This document shows, one piece after another, positions 11,570-31,100 of a stretch of DNA of 64,000 bases; positions within the stretch are counted from its first letter, which is position 1, and each line of letters begins with the position of its first letter. The notes under the pieces are model-generated. The model saw only the letters and a list, made by a program, of their open reading frames with translations, was not told the DNA's origin and did no database searches. The position numbers and the translations under genes were made by a program. This stretch comes from Eledone cirrhosa (taxonomy: Eukaryota): NCBI GenBank assembly GCA_964016885.1, contig OZ024744.1:32674001-32738000 (forward strand), given 5' to 3'.

Positions 11570-11725
11570 GATTTCTAGGCCAGTAATTTTTGGAGGAGGA
11601 GAAGGTTAAATTAAATCGACCCCAGTACATTACTGGTACTTTATTTTAACGACCCCGTAATGATGAAAGGCAAAGTTAACCTCGGCAGGATTTGACCGTA
11701 AAAGGGCGTAAAGCATGTTGTCCTA
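11570..11725 (-). mobile_element. Nin-domain SINE, partial and diverged
   Basis: cagtacattactggtactttattttaacgaccccgtaatgatgaaaggcaaagttaacctcggc core. Confidence 0.8.
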
Positions 11726-12040
11726 TAAACACACACACAACACACAACATACAAGATGGACCTCCTGGGTTGACGATGGCCAATATCTAGACCAAGCATT
11801 GATATAATGTCAAAGAAACTGTGTGAATATTTATTCATCTCTTTATTTATTTGTTTATTTATTTGTTTATTTATTTGTTTATTTATTTATTTGTTTCTTT
11901 GTTTGTTTGTTTCTTTCTTTCTTTATTTGTTTATGTAGGAACCCCCTGCACCTTCGGAGGAATGAAATCAATACTGCCAAGACAAAGAAAGATATATTGC
12001 CGACAATGACGCGATCATGACCAGTCCCTGGTCATAGATC

Positions 12041-12258
12041 GGATTGGCAGAATCGGTAGAACGTCGGATAACATGCTTTGCAGTATTTAGCTACGGCCCT
12101 TTGCGTTCGGAGTTCAAATTCCACCGAGATTAGCTTTGCCTTTCATCCTTACAGGGTCGATAAAATAAAGTACCAGTAATGTACTGGGGTCGATTTAATC
12201 GACTTTCCTCTTCCCCCAAGATTATTGGCCTTCTGCATAAATTAGAAACAATTATTAT
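12041..12258 (+). mobile_element. Nin-domain SINE, full length (longer subfamily)
   Basis: ggattggcagaatcgg...gagttcaaattcc...Nin core...ggggtcgatttaatcgac insert...ttagaaacaattatt. Confidence 0.88.
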
Positions 12259-12553
12259 GAAGGCGAAATTTAAGTATCACTGTTATAACTGATAATTCTG
12301 TGAAATCAGAGGACATCACAGAACTTAAGTTCACAGATATCACGGACTTGTTTCTCCTCTTCCCATCTTTCCGTTGCATTACCATCTTTGTTTCTTTACA
12401 TGTCTCGCTCGCTTCACCTTATTTTATTTTTACGTGTCCCAATAACTTTCTTTAGTTATTGCTCGCACCAACCAGAGGTATATGATTTTTAAAGCGAAGA
12501 AATACCAATGAAGGCTGGAAGATCACTGATGAAGAACTAATTTTATTTATTTA

Positions 12554-12605
<52 letters not shown>

Positions 12606-12879
12606 CTGGTCGTTCTCTACGGTAATAGATTTGTCATTCTGTCGACGGGGCACAGTTGAAACATATCACTCTGTTCGGAGTGTAGAGTATTTTGCACCCT
12701 CCACTTTTCCCTTTCTTTCTTTGTTTAATTCTTTTTTCTTTCTTGTTGTCATTTCTTTTATTTTATTTCAATATATATTGTATAGTTTTTATAAGGTTTC
12801 CAACTAATAAAATTGACTTCTTTTATTTATGAAAGAAGGAAATAAATGTATTCAAATGTAAATAATAGTTATGATAATA

Positions 12880-14096
<1,217 letters not shown>

Positions 14097-14746
14097 TAAT
14101 AATATTACTAATATTGGATTCGTTTGCATGTCTGAAAACACCGTGTGACGTCATTATTTTGTTCCAGCAGTAGCAGAACGAAAATAGTCGACAATTATTT
14201 TGGAGTTATTTCCCCTTATCAAGACCATATAGGGTCTCTCATAACTGCTACCCGCTGAAATTGCTGAAAATACATAGTATTCTCAAAGATATACATCGGC
14301 TAAAATAAATATAAATGCAGTGCATAATTCTTTGATGGGAAACTAAATCAAATAAATGACGATTTCTATTTAGAAGTAAACTTAAATAATTGCTTATGTA
14401 AAAATGATATTACAATTTTGGAGATTTGTAGACGTAAATAAAATTATTGAATTAACAAATCAAATTTTAGAAATTGTCTGCAATTTTAAAGAATAACTCT
14501 AAGCATAAATGGGTTTTTGTTGTTTTTATATTTCCAATTAATTAAATTGCTAGAAGCTAGAAGTAGAATTTAATTAATTAATAATGGATTAATAACTTGG
14601 ACATTAAATAATTGGATTGATTGAATTATATACTCATATATACTCATACATAAATATATATTTGTATATATATATATATAATGTGTGTGTGGGTATATAT
14701 ATATGTGTGTGTGGGTATATATATATGTGTGTGTGTGTGTGTGTGC

Positions 14747-14784
<38 letters not shown>

Positions 14785-15005
14785 GCGTGTGTGTGCGTGT
14801 GTGTGTGTGTATTTATATATATATATATAAATACTCAAACACACACACACACCGATTCATGACGCGGGGGAGTGAACAGAGTAAAAAAAGGTACTCAATA
14901 CATCAGTAGACTATAGGCCACTTTATTATATTTAGAAATGATTTCTACAGGACTAGAACTGTCTCATTCTTATGAAATCATCAGGAATATCATTATGTCT
15001 ATAAT

Positions 15006-15036
<31 letters not shown>

Positions 15037-15249
15037 ATGTTTGTTTATAAATACATGAGATAATATATATTTATATGTATTGCTAGTAGTATGTTGGTTG
15101 ACTCTACAGAATTCAGAATGTCTCTAACACCAATTAGAGAGAAATGGAGTTGAAATTACACACACGCATACACACACATACACACACACACACACACACA
15201 CGCGCATATATATATATATATACACACACACAAACACATATATATTTAT

Positions 15250-15923
15250 CTGATGGACAAACTTTTTTCATATGTAACCCATTTGCAATTCCGCAGCGCC
15301 CTTATTATCATATTTACACATATGTTTTCCTCTGCTGCTACACGTCTTTTTCGTTCTATGTATCTTTACCCTTTCTAGCAGTCTCTTTCTCTGTTAGCCT
15401 CTTCCTCACCCTTCACTCACTCATTCTCTGCCACTACCTCTCCTCCTCCTCTTTCTTCCCGTTTGACCTGTGTGTAATTCTTTTCTCTCGCACGCTCGGC
15501 CAAGCTGGTCGGAATTTTTTCTCTCTCGTCTACGATTTCACAGAACTTATGTTTACCGAATTCGCAGACCAGACCCCTTCTTCCTCCCGTTAGACCTGTG
15601 CGAAATTCCTTCCTTGCTCACATTTCAACCAGGTTTGATGGTCTTTATTCTCTCGTTCACGATTTCACCGAATTTAAATTCATAGAAATCTGGGACTTGT
15701 CTCTTTCTTCCTCACTTTCTGTTGCTTCACCATTTTGTTTGTTTACCCTCGCGTCCCCTTTATTTACGTGTCCCAACGACTTTTTTTAGCCGTTGCTCGC
15801 ACCAACGGGTGGTATATGGTCTTTAAAGAGATGAAATGCATATGATGGTTGGAAGATCACTGATGGAGGACAAACTTTTTTCATATGTAACCCATTTGCA
15901 ACTCCGCAGCGCCCTTATTATCA

Positions 15924-15930
<7 letters not shown>
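15250..15930. mobile_element. Unclassified element with ~70-bp terminal direct repeats between TA/CA microsatellites; related partial copy at ~12300-12540
   Basis: ctgatgga..caaactttttcatatgtaacccatttgcaa.tccgcagcgcccttattatcatattta occurs at ~15250 and ~15860. Confidence 0.6.
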
Positions 15931-15975
<45 letters not shown>

Positions 15976-16530
15976 TACACACGCACATATATATATATAT
16001 ATATATATACATATACACACACACCCACACAAACACACACATATATATATATATATACTCCGTTGAATCACACAATACTGATTCAAAATAGGACATAAAG
16101 GAAAATATGTGTGAGTGTGTGGGGTGGGGAGAGAGTGTCCGTGTATGTGTTTGTGAGCGAGAGAGAGAGTGTGTGAGAGAGAACGCGAGAGCGAGTGTGT
16201 GTATATATGTGTGCGAGAGAGAGAGAGTGTGTGTGGGAGAGAGAGAGTGAGAGAGAGTGTGTGTGGGAGAGAGAGTGTGTGTGTGTTGAACAATGAAAAC
16301 AAAGGCGTAAATTGATGATTTATCAGTTCAATGTTTTATGATAATTTCAGAGATTAATTGATCACGATAAATCTAGATATTCTAGAATCCAGAGTCTAGA
16401 TACTTCTCAGCGTCTTACCCAGAAAGCATCATTGGCCCGACCATAAACAGGTAGAAAACACTATGCACACACACACACTCACACACACACGCACACACAT
16501 ACACACACATATATGTATATGTGTCCCACT

Positions 16531-16763
16531 TGAGAGAAACACAAACACAAGGATAATTCCCGCTCATCAGCTGTCTTCTGTGGATTGCTGATGTTTCGGA
16601 TACTTTAAAGACTGTACCTCTCACTGCAGTATGTTGATACCTAAAATTGATAGCTATCAACACACTGCAGTGAGAGGTAATGTCTTTAATTTATTCGAAA
16701 CATCAGAGTTCCACAGAAGACAGCTGATGAGCGGGAATTATCCTTGTGTTTGTGTTTCTCTCA
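16531..16763. repeat. ~230-bp inverted repeat
   Basis: tgagagaaacacaaacacaaggataattcccgctcatcagctgtcttctgtgga... is mirrored by ...tccacagaagacagctgatgagcgggaattatccttgtgtttgtgtttctctca, with a short central spacer. Confidence 0.9.
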
Positions 16764-16778
16764 CGTTTTCTAAATAAT

Positions 16779-16960
16779 TGTGTCTACTTTAGGCACAAGG
16801 CCAGCAAATACTCAGTGTATTACTGGTACTTTATTTTATCGACCCCGTACGGATGAAAGGCAAAGTCAACCTCGACGGGATTTGAACTCAGATCGTAAAG
16901 GGACGTAACTATGCTGAAAAGCATGGCGTCCGACCCTCTACCGATACTGCCAATCCACAA
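16779..16960 (-). mobile_element. Nin-domain SINE with 14-bp TSD
   Basis: Full-length copy flanked by GTTTTCTAAATAAT at 16765-16778 and 16961-16974. Confidence 0.92.
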
Positions 16961-17016
16961 GTTTTCTAAATAATGTATATTAATAAACACACAGCACCGT
17001 TCACAATTTTTAATTC

Positions 17017-17047
<31 letters not shown>

Positions 17048-17176
17048 CGCGTGTGTGTGTATACATATATTTATATATCTATATAGTAAGTATGTCTGTA
17101 TGTATACGTATATGTATATATATGTATATATATATATATATATATACACATATATATATATATTCATATCTATCTA

Positions 17177-17225
<49 letters not shown>

Positions 17226-17227
17226 CC

Positions 17228-17395
<168 letters not shown>

Positions 17396-17778
17396 ACATA
17401 TGTATGTATGTATTAACGACTTAATCTGCTTAAGAGTCACGAATTTTCTTACTTCGCCTCTGTTTTGTCCTCTGTTTATCACACAAGCCTAAGCAATTGC
17501 CACCGTCGTCACCAGCGACATATGTATCATTGCCATCGTCCAAGCTACCGCCACCACCACCACCACCACCATCAACATCATCATCATTTTCTTTTTGTTT
17601 TTAGTCCTCCTCTCCACTTCATCCTACTTACTCACATACCCATTCGAATCGTTCAAGCTCTTCGCAAGGGAAACTCCCTAAAGACATTTCACACCAACTA
17701 TATATATTTTTTTCTTTTTTTAGACAGATTGTCTTAAAGATTGTTGACATGCGGCTGACTACCATATATATATATATA

Positions 17779-17938
<160 letters not shown>

Positions 17939-18039
17939 AATATATATATATATATGCGGTGCCCCATCATGGCCTCAGCCGGATGGCTGAAACAGGTAAA
18001 AGTGTAAAAGTGTATATGTATATATATAAATATATATGT

Positions 18040-18081
<42 letters not shown>

Positions 18082-18105
18082 CTATATATATAAATATATA
18101 TGTAT

Positions 18106-18211
<106 letters not shown>

Positions 18212-18373
18212 GTGTGTGTATTAGAAAATGAGGGTTTTTTCCAAAATCAAAAAAAAAACGAGATGTCCTACACGCTTGAAAGTATAACGAAAAATGATAA
18301 AATCGAAAATGCAACTGGAGTCTTTTGAAAAATAATTATTTGGTTCCTTTACCTATTTCGTACTTCTTATGCT

Positions 18374-18417
<44 letters not shown>

Positions 18418-18467
18418 TCATCATCATCATCATCACCGTTTTACGTCCGTTCTTCCACGCTAGCATG

Positions 18468-18536
<69 letters not shown>

Positions 18537-18723
18537 ATGTATGTATACGTACATACATGTATACAGACGTACAGTAGTATGTATATATATACACACATGC
18601 ATCATATATATATGGACGTATCGGTTTACCGAACATTTATTATTATGCTCGGTTTGTTGTTTGTAAACAAACAAACAGCCCGAATTACGCCGTACAGTGT
18701 TTAGGCAACCACGTCACTTTTTT

Positions 18724-18810
18724 GTTCAACACTGACACAGGAACGATGTACTAGTTTCAAGCTTATTAGCTATCCTCAGCATCGTATACCTTCCTCCCAG
18801 ACGGTTGAAC
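18724..18810 (-). ncRNA. Type I hammerhead ribozyme with extended stem I
   Basis: Reverse complement ACGATG-CTGAGGA-t-AGCT-AATA-AGCT-t-GAAA-C-TA-G-TA-CATCGT (core 18743-18785); distal GTTCAAC/GTTGAAC pairing extends stem I. Confidence 0.85.
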
Positions 18811-18898
18811 GTCTGAAAGTATATACTTTCCTTATGGATATTAAGGACTGAGCAGCCTAATTTACATATCGAGTGTGTTCAGTCGGCCGGGCACACCG

Positions 18899-18935
<37 letters not shown>

Positions 18936-19145
18936 TAATTGGAGGCTTATTAAAATCGAATCTCTGGCTGTGGGTAAGCAAATTCGACCTACGATATGAA
19001 TGAGTTAGCAAGCACTCGACAAGGTAGGTCCTTAGAGTAATAACATACGTTTAAATAGCTTGACAAATTGAACATTGTGGTAGGCAAAATCTAACACACA
19101 ATAGCAAAGTAACGAAAGAACTAACAGGTTGAAAAAATACACCTG

Positions 19146-19176
<31 letters not shown>

Positions 19177-19253
19177 ATACATATGTTTATATATAGATAT
19201 GTGTATGTTTATTTGTGTGTGTGTGAGTATGGAAAGGGGTTCTACAAAACTTT

Positions 19254-19309
19254 AACTGTCTCATTCCTATGAAATCATTCCCGATGATTTCATAGGAATG
19301 AAACAGTTA
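19254..19309. repeat. Hairpin built from two inverted hammerhead-like cores; related copy at 14955-14990 (-)
   Basis: aactgtctcattcctatgaaatcat-tcccg-atgatttcataggaatgaaacagtt; C(C/T)GATGA-tttc-ata(g/a)-gaat-GA(A/G)AC, with no matching stem I found. Confidence 0.6.
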
Positions 19310-19373
19310 TATTCTGTTCACACTCTACTATATTAACTGTGGTTAACCCCGATGTAACTCCAGATCTACATAT

Positions 19374-19407
<34 letters not shown>

Positions 19408-19520
19408 CGCATGCACACGCATACACACACATAAATACATACACAGAAACACACACACACAAGTACACAACTTAACACAGGCAAGTGTGGTGCGCAGATT
19501 ACTACACATATATGTGTGTG

Positions 19521-19580
<60 letters not shown>

Positions 19581-19734
19581 CGTGCGCGTGTGTGCGTGTG
19601 TGCGTGTGTGTGTGTGTGTGTGTGTGCGTGTGTGTGTGTGTGTGTGTGCGCGTGCGTGCGGGTGCGTTTTAGTATGAATGCCAAGTTAAATTTATAAGCA
19701 AGTTGTACACTTTTTCGAGAGCCCTCATACTTCG

Positions 19735-20175
19735 AAACGACAAAGTTCCATGTTTCCTTGACCATGTACCTAATAATGGGAAGTACCATATAGCTTATGA
19801 CCGGGAAGTTACATATTTCCTGGGCCATGTAGCTGATGATGGGAAGTTCTATGTTTCCTTGGCCATGTACCTTATGATGGGAAGTTCCATGTTTCTTTGT
19901 CCATGTAGCTTATGATGGGAAGTTCAATGTTTCTTCGCCCATGTAGCATATGATAGGATGTTCCATGTTTCCTTGACCATATAGCTAACAATGGGAAGTT
20001 CCATGTAGCTTGTGACGGGAAGTTCTATGTTTTATCGACCATGGAGCTTATGTGAAGTTCCATGTAGCTGATAATGGGAATTTCCCTGTTTCCATGACCA
20101 TGTAGATAATGATGGAAAGTTCCATGTTTTCTTGACCATGTAGCTGATGATTGAAAGACATGTTTCCTTCTCCAT
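19735..20175. repeat. Degenerate ~38-bp minisatellite
   Basis: Recurrent gggaagttccatgtttccttgaccatgtagcttatgat. Confidence 0.9.
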
Positions 20176-20431
20176 GATTTCTGTCATTTTATTGTCTCCT
20201 GCAAGTTTTACCGGCCTCTGTTTCTCCGGTCCTTTTTCTCTCGATAAGCTTATGTTCTCGTTGTCTTAGTTTCCAATATTTGTATGTATCATTTTCAACT
20301 ATATATATATATGTATCGGCCTGCCCGCCCAGTCAGTGGGATGGCGTTATCTTATGGCTAAAACAGCACGACGTAATGTGACCAGCGGCGCGAATGGACG
20401 CCCAACAGACTGGTCGGCCAAGGTGATCAAA

Positions 20432-20484
<53 letters not shown>

Positions 20485-20556
20485 CAAAGGAAATGTGTTA
20501 ATGTGTGGATCATAACGCACCAGAGTACTCAATACTTAGAGTAGTAGAGTGGGAAA

Positions 20557-20610
20557 TAGGAAAAAGTATGACCCCGACGGCAGAGCTCTGCCGTCGGGGT
20601 CATACTTGTT

Positions 20611-20614
<4 letters not shown>
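20557..20614. repeat. ~58-bp GC-rich loopless palindrome abutting (TA)n
   Basis: aagtatgaccccgacggcagag|ctctgccgtcggggtcatactt. Confidence 0.95.
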
Positions 20615-20657
<43 letters not shown>

Positions 20658-20989
20658 TGTATATTATATATAAGCAGATATATTTAGATGACGGTGTGTG
20701 ACGTTTGAAATTTGAAATTTAATTGATATCTTTCGCCATATTTTGACTACAGAAATTAATCTAGAAAAATGGCGTAAAAACCTCCATAAGGGAATAAAAA
20801 TGATCACCAGTATGAGTAGGTGTGATTCTCTGGTTATTGGGCTAAACTGATTAAACCAAAAATCAGACAAATTTCACTTTACGCGACTACAGAAAAAAAA
20901 CAAAAACACTTGCTCAAGATTTGGAATCGGTGACAGAGTTATTTGAGATGGAAACTATCCTCCGCCTCCTCCTTCTCCTCCTCGTAGTC

Positions 20990-21095
20990 GTCGTCATCGT
21001 CGTTATCATCATCACCAGCACCAGCACCACCCCCATCATCACCATCACATCATCATCATCATCATCACCATCATTATCATCATCATCATCATCAT

Positions 21096-21127
<32 letters not shown>

Positions 21128-21144
21128 TCGTCATCATCATCATC

Positions 21145-21202
<58 letters not shown>

Positions 21203-21444
21203 CCATCATCACCAGCAGCATCATCATCATCATCATCATCACCATCACACCATCATCACCACCATCATCATCATCATCATCATCACCATCTCCACCACCA
21301 CCATCACCATCATCATCACAACCACCATCACCATCATCACCATCACCACCATCATCACTATTATCATCATCACCATCATCACCATCATCACTATCATCAT
21401 CACCACCATCACCATCACCATCACCACCACCATCACCACCATCA
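20990..21444. repeat. (CAT/CAC)n microsatellite
   Basis: Direct reading. Confidence 0.95.
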
Positions 21445-21644
21445 NNNNNNNNNNNNNNNNNNNNNNNNNNNNNNNNNNNNNNNNNNNNNNNNNNNNNNNN
21501 NNNNNNNNNNNNNNNNNNNNNNNNNNNNNNNNNNNNNNNNNNNNNNNNNNNNNNNNNNNNNNNNNNNNNNNNNNNNNNNNNNNNNNNNNNNNNNNNNNNN
21601 NNNNNNNNNNNNNNNNNNNNNNNNNNNNNNNNNNNNNNNNNNNN
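21445..21644. other. Assembly gap (200 N)
   Basis: Run of N between two different microsatellites. Confidence 0.99.
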
Positions 21645-21999
21645 AAGAAGAAGAAGAAGAAGAAGAAGAAGAAGAAGAAGAAGAAGAAGAAGAAGAAGAA
21701 GAAGAAGAAGAAGAAGAAGAAGAAGAAGAAGAAGAAGAAGAAGAAGAAGAAGAAGAAGAAGAAGAAGAAGAAGAAGAAGAAGAAGAAGAAGAAGAAGAAG
21801 AAGAAGAAGAAGAAGAAGAAAGAAGAAGAAGAAGAAGAAGAAGAAGAAGAAGAAGAAGAAGAAGAAGAAGAAGAAGAAGAAGAAGAAGAAGAAGAAGAAG
21901 AAGAAGAAGAAGAAGAAGAAGAAGAAGAAGAAGAAGAAGAAGAAGAAGAAGAAGAAGAAGAAGAAGAAGAAGAAGAAGAAGAAGAAGAAGAAGAAGAAG
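21645..21999. repeat. (GAA)n microsatellite
   Basis: Direct reading. Confidence 0.98.
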
Positions 22000-22234
22000 G
22001 CTTTCTGCATTTTGTCTTTCTCTGAATGAATACATGAAACAATAACGTATATATATATATATGTATATATGTAAAAGGTAAACAGAAATAACAACACATC
22101 CGTACAGTATATAGAAAGGGATATATTAGGTTTAACGCTTGATGTAGCAGGAAGAGGGTCTTAACGTTTATATATATATATATAGATAGATGCTCAACTG
22201 CTCTAACTATGCTCATTAAAAACCTTTAGACTAG

Positions 22235-23060
22235 CCAATATTTGAACATTCAATAGCTTGGGATATATTAGCTAGATCCCCTGCGTTTAATGGGAGAAAA
22301 AACTCTTGCGATCTCTGTCTTACCGAGGCCTATCACATAACTTTGTCAAGGCCACTCCCCATCAATGACAGGAATGAACTGGTCATAAACTGCCCACCCA
22401 CCGCAGAGCGAGTTCCTTCGCCAACAAAATATTCCACCCAGTTAAGCCTATCCTTTAGTCATGCCCCTCCCTAAAACTAACAAATTAATGACATCATTAT
22501 TCCACCACATAAGAACCTATAAGTTACCTCCCTCGCATTATCTTAGTTACAAATCCCACTGCAACTATACCTATAAGCTACCTCTCTACCCTACCTTGGT
22601 TACAGCTCCCAGTGGAACTCTTGGCTCTCCAGGGAGTTACCTCCCTTGAAACCCATCTCTATACAATAAGATGATTTTCCTACAAGAAGCCATTTTGGTA
22701 TGTGATAGGCAGCAGTGTTTACCTTCAGCCCTCGACAGACATCTAATGTTTATTTATACCACACACCTGAAATTCTCCAGTGCCAAGGTGCCCCATCTAG
22801 GGAGTTGCTAATCTGAGGATTATTTACGGACGCGTAACCCTCACATTTTATTTTTATGTTTACTTTTATTTTTATTTCTGCTTTATATATAGTAATAATC
22901 TCATTATCTCTCCCTAAGTTCCGAAGATCTGCTCCATAATATTATTCTATGTTACTTATATTTCTCTGCACCAAATCAATAACTTTCTTCCATCGATTGA
23001 TCCAGAAACATTATATGGAGTAGTGAAACAATTGTAAACTGACATTACTATCCCCTTTCT
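22235..23060 (+). mobile_element. Penelope-like element 3' remnant (GIY-YIG C-terminus, 3' UTR and hammerhead)
   Basis: Hand translation from ~22239: IFEHSIAWDILARSPAFNGRKNSCDLCLTEAYHITLSRPLPINDRNELVINCP. This matches the W.I.......C.LCL.E...I......N.R.EL...C.H tail of PLE endonucleases; a hammerhead follows ~480 bp later. Confidence 0.75.
22917..23040 (+). ncRNA. Type I hammerhead motif with long stem II; core variant CCGAAGA
   Basis: AGTT-CCGAAGA-t-CTGCTCCATA..(~75 nt)..TATGGAGTAG-t-GAAA-C-AATT-G-TA-AACT. Confidence 0.7.
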
Positions 23061-23331
23061 ATATTAAACTGCACTTAATGTTGATACTCTGCGACTGATG
23101 TCTTCTGTGTGAATTTGTGGTCTTCATTTTCTTAACTACAGAATAACTCCAGCTCTGTACACCTAACCTCAGCATGAAGCCAGTTATCCAACTGCTCTCC
23201 ACTCCATATTGCACATCCAGCACCAGCTTTTAAGCTTTGGCTTCTAACACCGTCACCAAACTCACCTGTCCTACTTCTATCTCCCTATTTAAGATTGGTT
23301 TACTCTTGAACTGTCTATATATATATTTATA

Positions 23332-23395
<64 letters not shown>

Positions 23396-23502
23396 AATTG
23401 ACGTGTACATCCATCAACATCTTTTTCACCACCACCACCACCACCACCACCACCACCTTCTCTTTCTTCTTCTTCTTCTTCTTCTTCTTCTTCTTCTTCT
23501 TC

Positions 23503-23555
<53 letters not shown>

Positions 23556-23879
23556 GCCGTATCACTAGACAAGGGAGAGGCTAGCAAAAGATATAAATAG
23601 ATTGACTTAGTGACCTAGCCACCGGCCAAACGTCAACAACTATGGCACTGCTGGCTCCCCCCTTCCTCACCAACAATATAAAAAGCCCCAGCACCACCAC
23701 CGACATAGCCAACAACAATAACAGGCAACTTCAGCAAAAAGTATATTATATTATTGTAATACATTGGGTGATTGATGGCCTTGTGCCTGGAGTGGAGACA
23801 ATTATTAATAATTTCATTCTTAAGCCACGCAATGCTCACATTAAGGAACCACTCATGATAATAACAATTTAAAAAAACA

Positions 23880-28105
<4,226 letters not shown>

Positions 28106-28179
28106 ACAATAACAATAATAAAAATAATATATATATATTTTTTTCTTATCTGTTTGTTTGTTTATTTATGTTCGTCTAC

Positions 28180-31100
28180 AGCGTGATAGTGCCACACAAA
28201 AATCAACGGGAGTGATGAAATCACCGGTGGTTATGTAACCATACATTCACCAATCCTCGATAAGAGTGTTTAAATGTCGAACCTAAACAGTTCGAATAAC
28301 GGCGAAGTGGAGACTGGAATGTCATGTGACAGACTCTCACCCAGCAGGTGCTCCCTGGATCAGCAGCAGGAACCTGGCTATCAACCAAATACTGCTGGTG
28401 TCGGAGGAAGAAGAAGAAGGAAAGGGACGAGAACCAACTGGACGAAAGAATTGAATAGAACTGTTATGCAATGTTACCTGAAGACCTGAAGAGTAACCCC
28501 AAGGAGAAAGGCTATAGGAAACGGATGCATAACATCTGGAACAAGATTGGTCTATTTAAATTAGATGAACAAAAATTGACCGGGCGCAGAGAGATTAGGT
28601 TGGAAATGGAGAGTGGAGTATGCCAGGCAAACGAGCCAGTGGGAAATGAAGGTGAAGAGGTTGAGAGAACGGAGGAACCATCCGAAGCAGACAATGATCT
28701 GAATGCTGAAATAAATAATTGTTTCTACGTTAGGCACAAGGCCAGCAATTATCCAGTGTATTACTGGTACTTTATTTATCGACCCTTAAGGATGAAAGGC
28801 AAAGTTAACCTCGGCGGAATTTGAACTCAGAATGGCAAGGGCCGTAACTCTATGCACCAAAGCATGGCATCCGACACTCTACCAATACTGCCAGTCCACC
28901 GCCAATGCTGAAACAAATAATACCTGGAACAAAGATACGGCTATTGAGGAGATGAATGCTGACGGGCTAGGACAAGATTTGGTTGATATCCTAAACTTAG
29001 TGGTAGATGAATTGAACAATGATAGTAGGAAACCTATGAACCTAAGATTTGTAGACAGGAAAAAGTTAAAAGAAATAACAGCTAAGGTAAACAAAGTCAT
29101 CCCATACCTTGAGGCGAGGAGCCTTCACCAGTGCAACAATATCTTCAAAGCAACAGCAAATGCGGTGAGGAAATTACTTGGTATAAAAGCGAGAGGAAAC
29201 AACAAACAAGGAAGATCAGAGCCTTGGTGGAAGAAACGACTGAGTGGTCAAATCAGGGAAATGAGAAATGACATTGGAAAGCTAGAGTCCCTACTGAATG
29301 GGACACTAAAAAACATAGACACTAAAAACAGACTGGAAATAAAGTACAAAACTAGGAGGAAAAAGCTAAATATTATCATAGAGGAACTGAAGCAACGCAT
29401 TGTAGCAAAGAATGCAAAAATTAGGCGATACGAGAGCAGAGTCAGTCAGTATAGACAGAACCGCATGTTTGACAAGAACCAGAAGATTCTGTTTGGACAG
29501 CTTGAAGGGAAAGAAAGAGGCAACGACTTGATCCCTGAGGCGGAACAAACTAAGACATTCTGGAGAGGAATATGGGAACAGGATGTTAAACATAATGACC
29601 AGGCAGTGTGGATTGAGACAGTACAAAAGGAGATTAGTGAACAGGCACACCAACAAACTGATTTGAGTATCACAGTTGAAACTCTTAAGGGGCAGGCCAA
29701 AAAACTAACCAACTGGAAATCACCAGGCCCAGATGGTGTGCAGGGGTATTGGATTAAAAATATAACATCCCTCCACCCGAAACTGACAACCATGTTCAAT
29801 GACTGCTTGATGTCAGGTGAGGTACCAGAGTGGTTGACAAAAGGTACCACAGTTCTGATAATGAAAGACCGAATCAAGGGTAATGATGTTACCAACTATA
29901 GACCTATCACATGTCTGTCCGTAATGTGGAAACTGTTGACAAGCATTATGTCTGAGGAAATCTACCATCACCTCCACACAAACAACTTGTTACCGGACGA
30001 ACAGAAAGGATGCCGAAAGAAGTCCCGTGGTTCAAATGACCAGTTACTTATTGATAAGATGGTAATGAGGAATTGCAAGAGGAGACACACTGGTTTTGCC
30101 ATGGGATTGATAGACTACAAAAAGGCATTTGACATGGTGCCTCATTCTTGGATCACCAAAAGCCTAGAGATCTTCAAGGTGGCAGATAACATCAGAAAGT
30201 TGTTGGGCAAAAGTATGAAGTCCTGGAAAACAGAGTTAACATCAACTGGAGAATCCTTGGGAGCCGTGAAGATCAAGAGAGGTATCTTCCAGGGAGATAG
30301 TCTGTCCCCTCTGTTGTTTGTCCTTGCCCTGATGCCCCTGACCATTATACTGCGAAAAGTGAGAGCAGGATACAAGTTGGGAAAGGGAGAGCTTACCATC
30401 AATCACCTCCTCTTCATGGACGATCTTAAGCTCTTCGGGAAGAGAGAGAAGGAGTTGGATGTGCTTGTTGACACTGTCCGTATTTTCAGCAATGATATAT
30501 GTAAGCAATTTGGTATTAGTAAGTGTGGAGTCCTTGTGATGAAGAGGGGTAAATTGATCAGAAGCAACGGAATCCAGGTACCAACAGGTGAGATGATAAA
30601 GGAAATTGACACTGAAGAAGGATACAAGTATTTGGGTGTTCTTGGAGGCTGATGACATCAAAAACAAAAAAATGAAGGAATTGATAAGATCTGAATACAT
30701 TCGAAGAGTAAGGAGCGTAGTAAAGTCACATCTGAAAAGTAGGAATGCCATAAGTGCAGTAAATTCCCGAGCTCTGTCTATTATTAGGTACAGTGCGGGA
30801 ATTCTGAGATGGAATGTTGCTGAACAAAAAGAAATGTATAGGAAGACTAGGAAGCTATTGACTATCTACAACATGTTCCACAAGAGGAGTGATGTCGATA
30901 GACTCTACTTAAGGAGATCTGAAGGTGGAAGAGATCTTATCAGCATAGAGGACTGTGTTCAGATAGAGAAAAACAATCTACACAAATACGTGACTGATAG
31001 TAGGGTGCCAATGCTCAGAACTGTACTGAAGGAGGGGACAATAGGCCAGGGGATGTCCAAGGAGGAAATAACAAAAAGGAGAAAGAGCAGCCTTCAGGAA

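Noticed and set aside
16695-16740. GAAAC and CTGATGAG boxes in the 16.5-16.8 kb hairpin as a hammerhead
   Set aside because: Could not assemble stems I-III in any topology; kept only as an inverted repeat.
20921-22216. Long ORFs of poly-S/H/E/R/F/L spanning the N run
   Set aside because: Translations of (CAT)n and (GAA)n microsatellites across an assembly gap.
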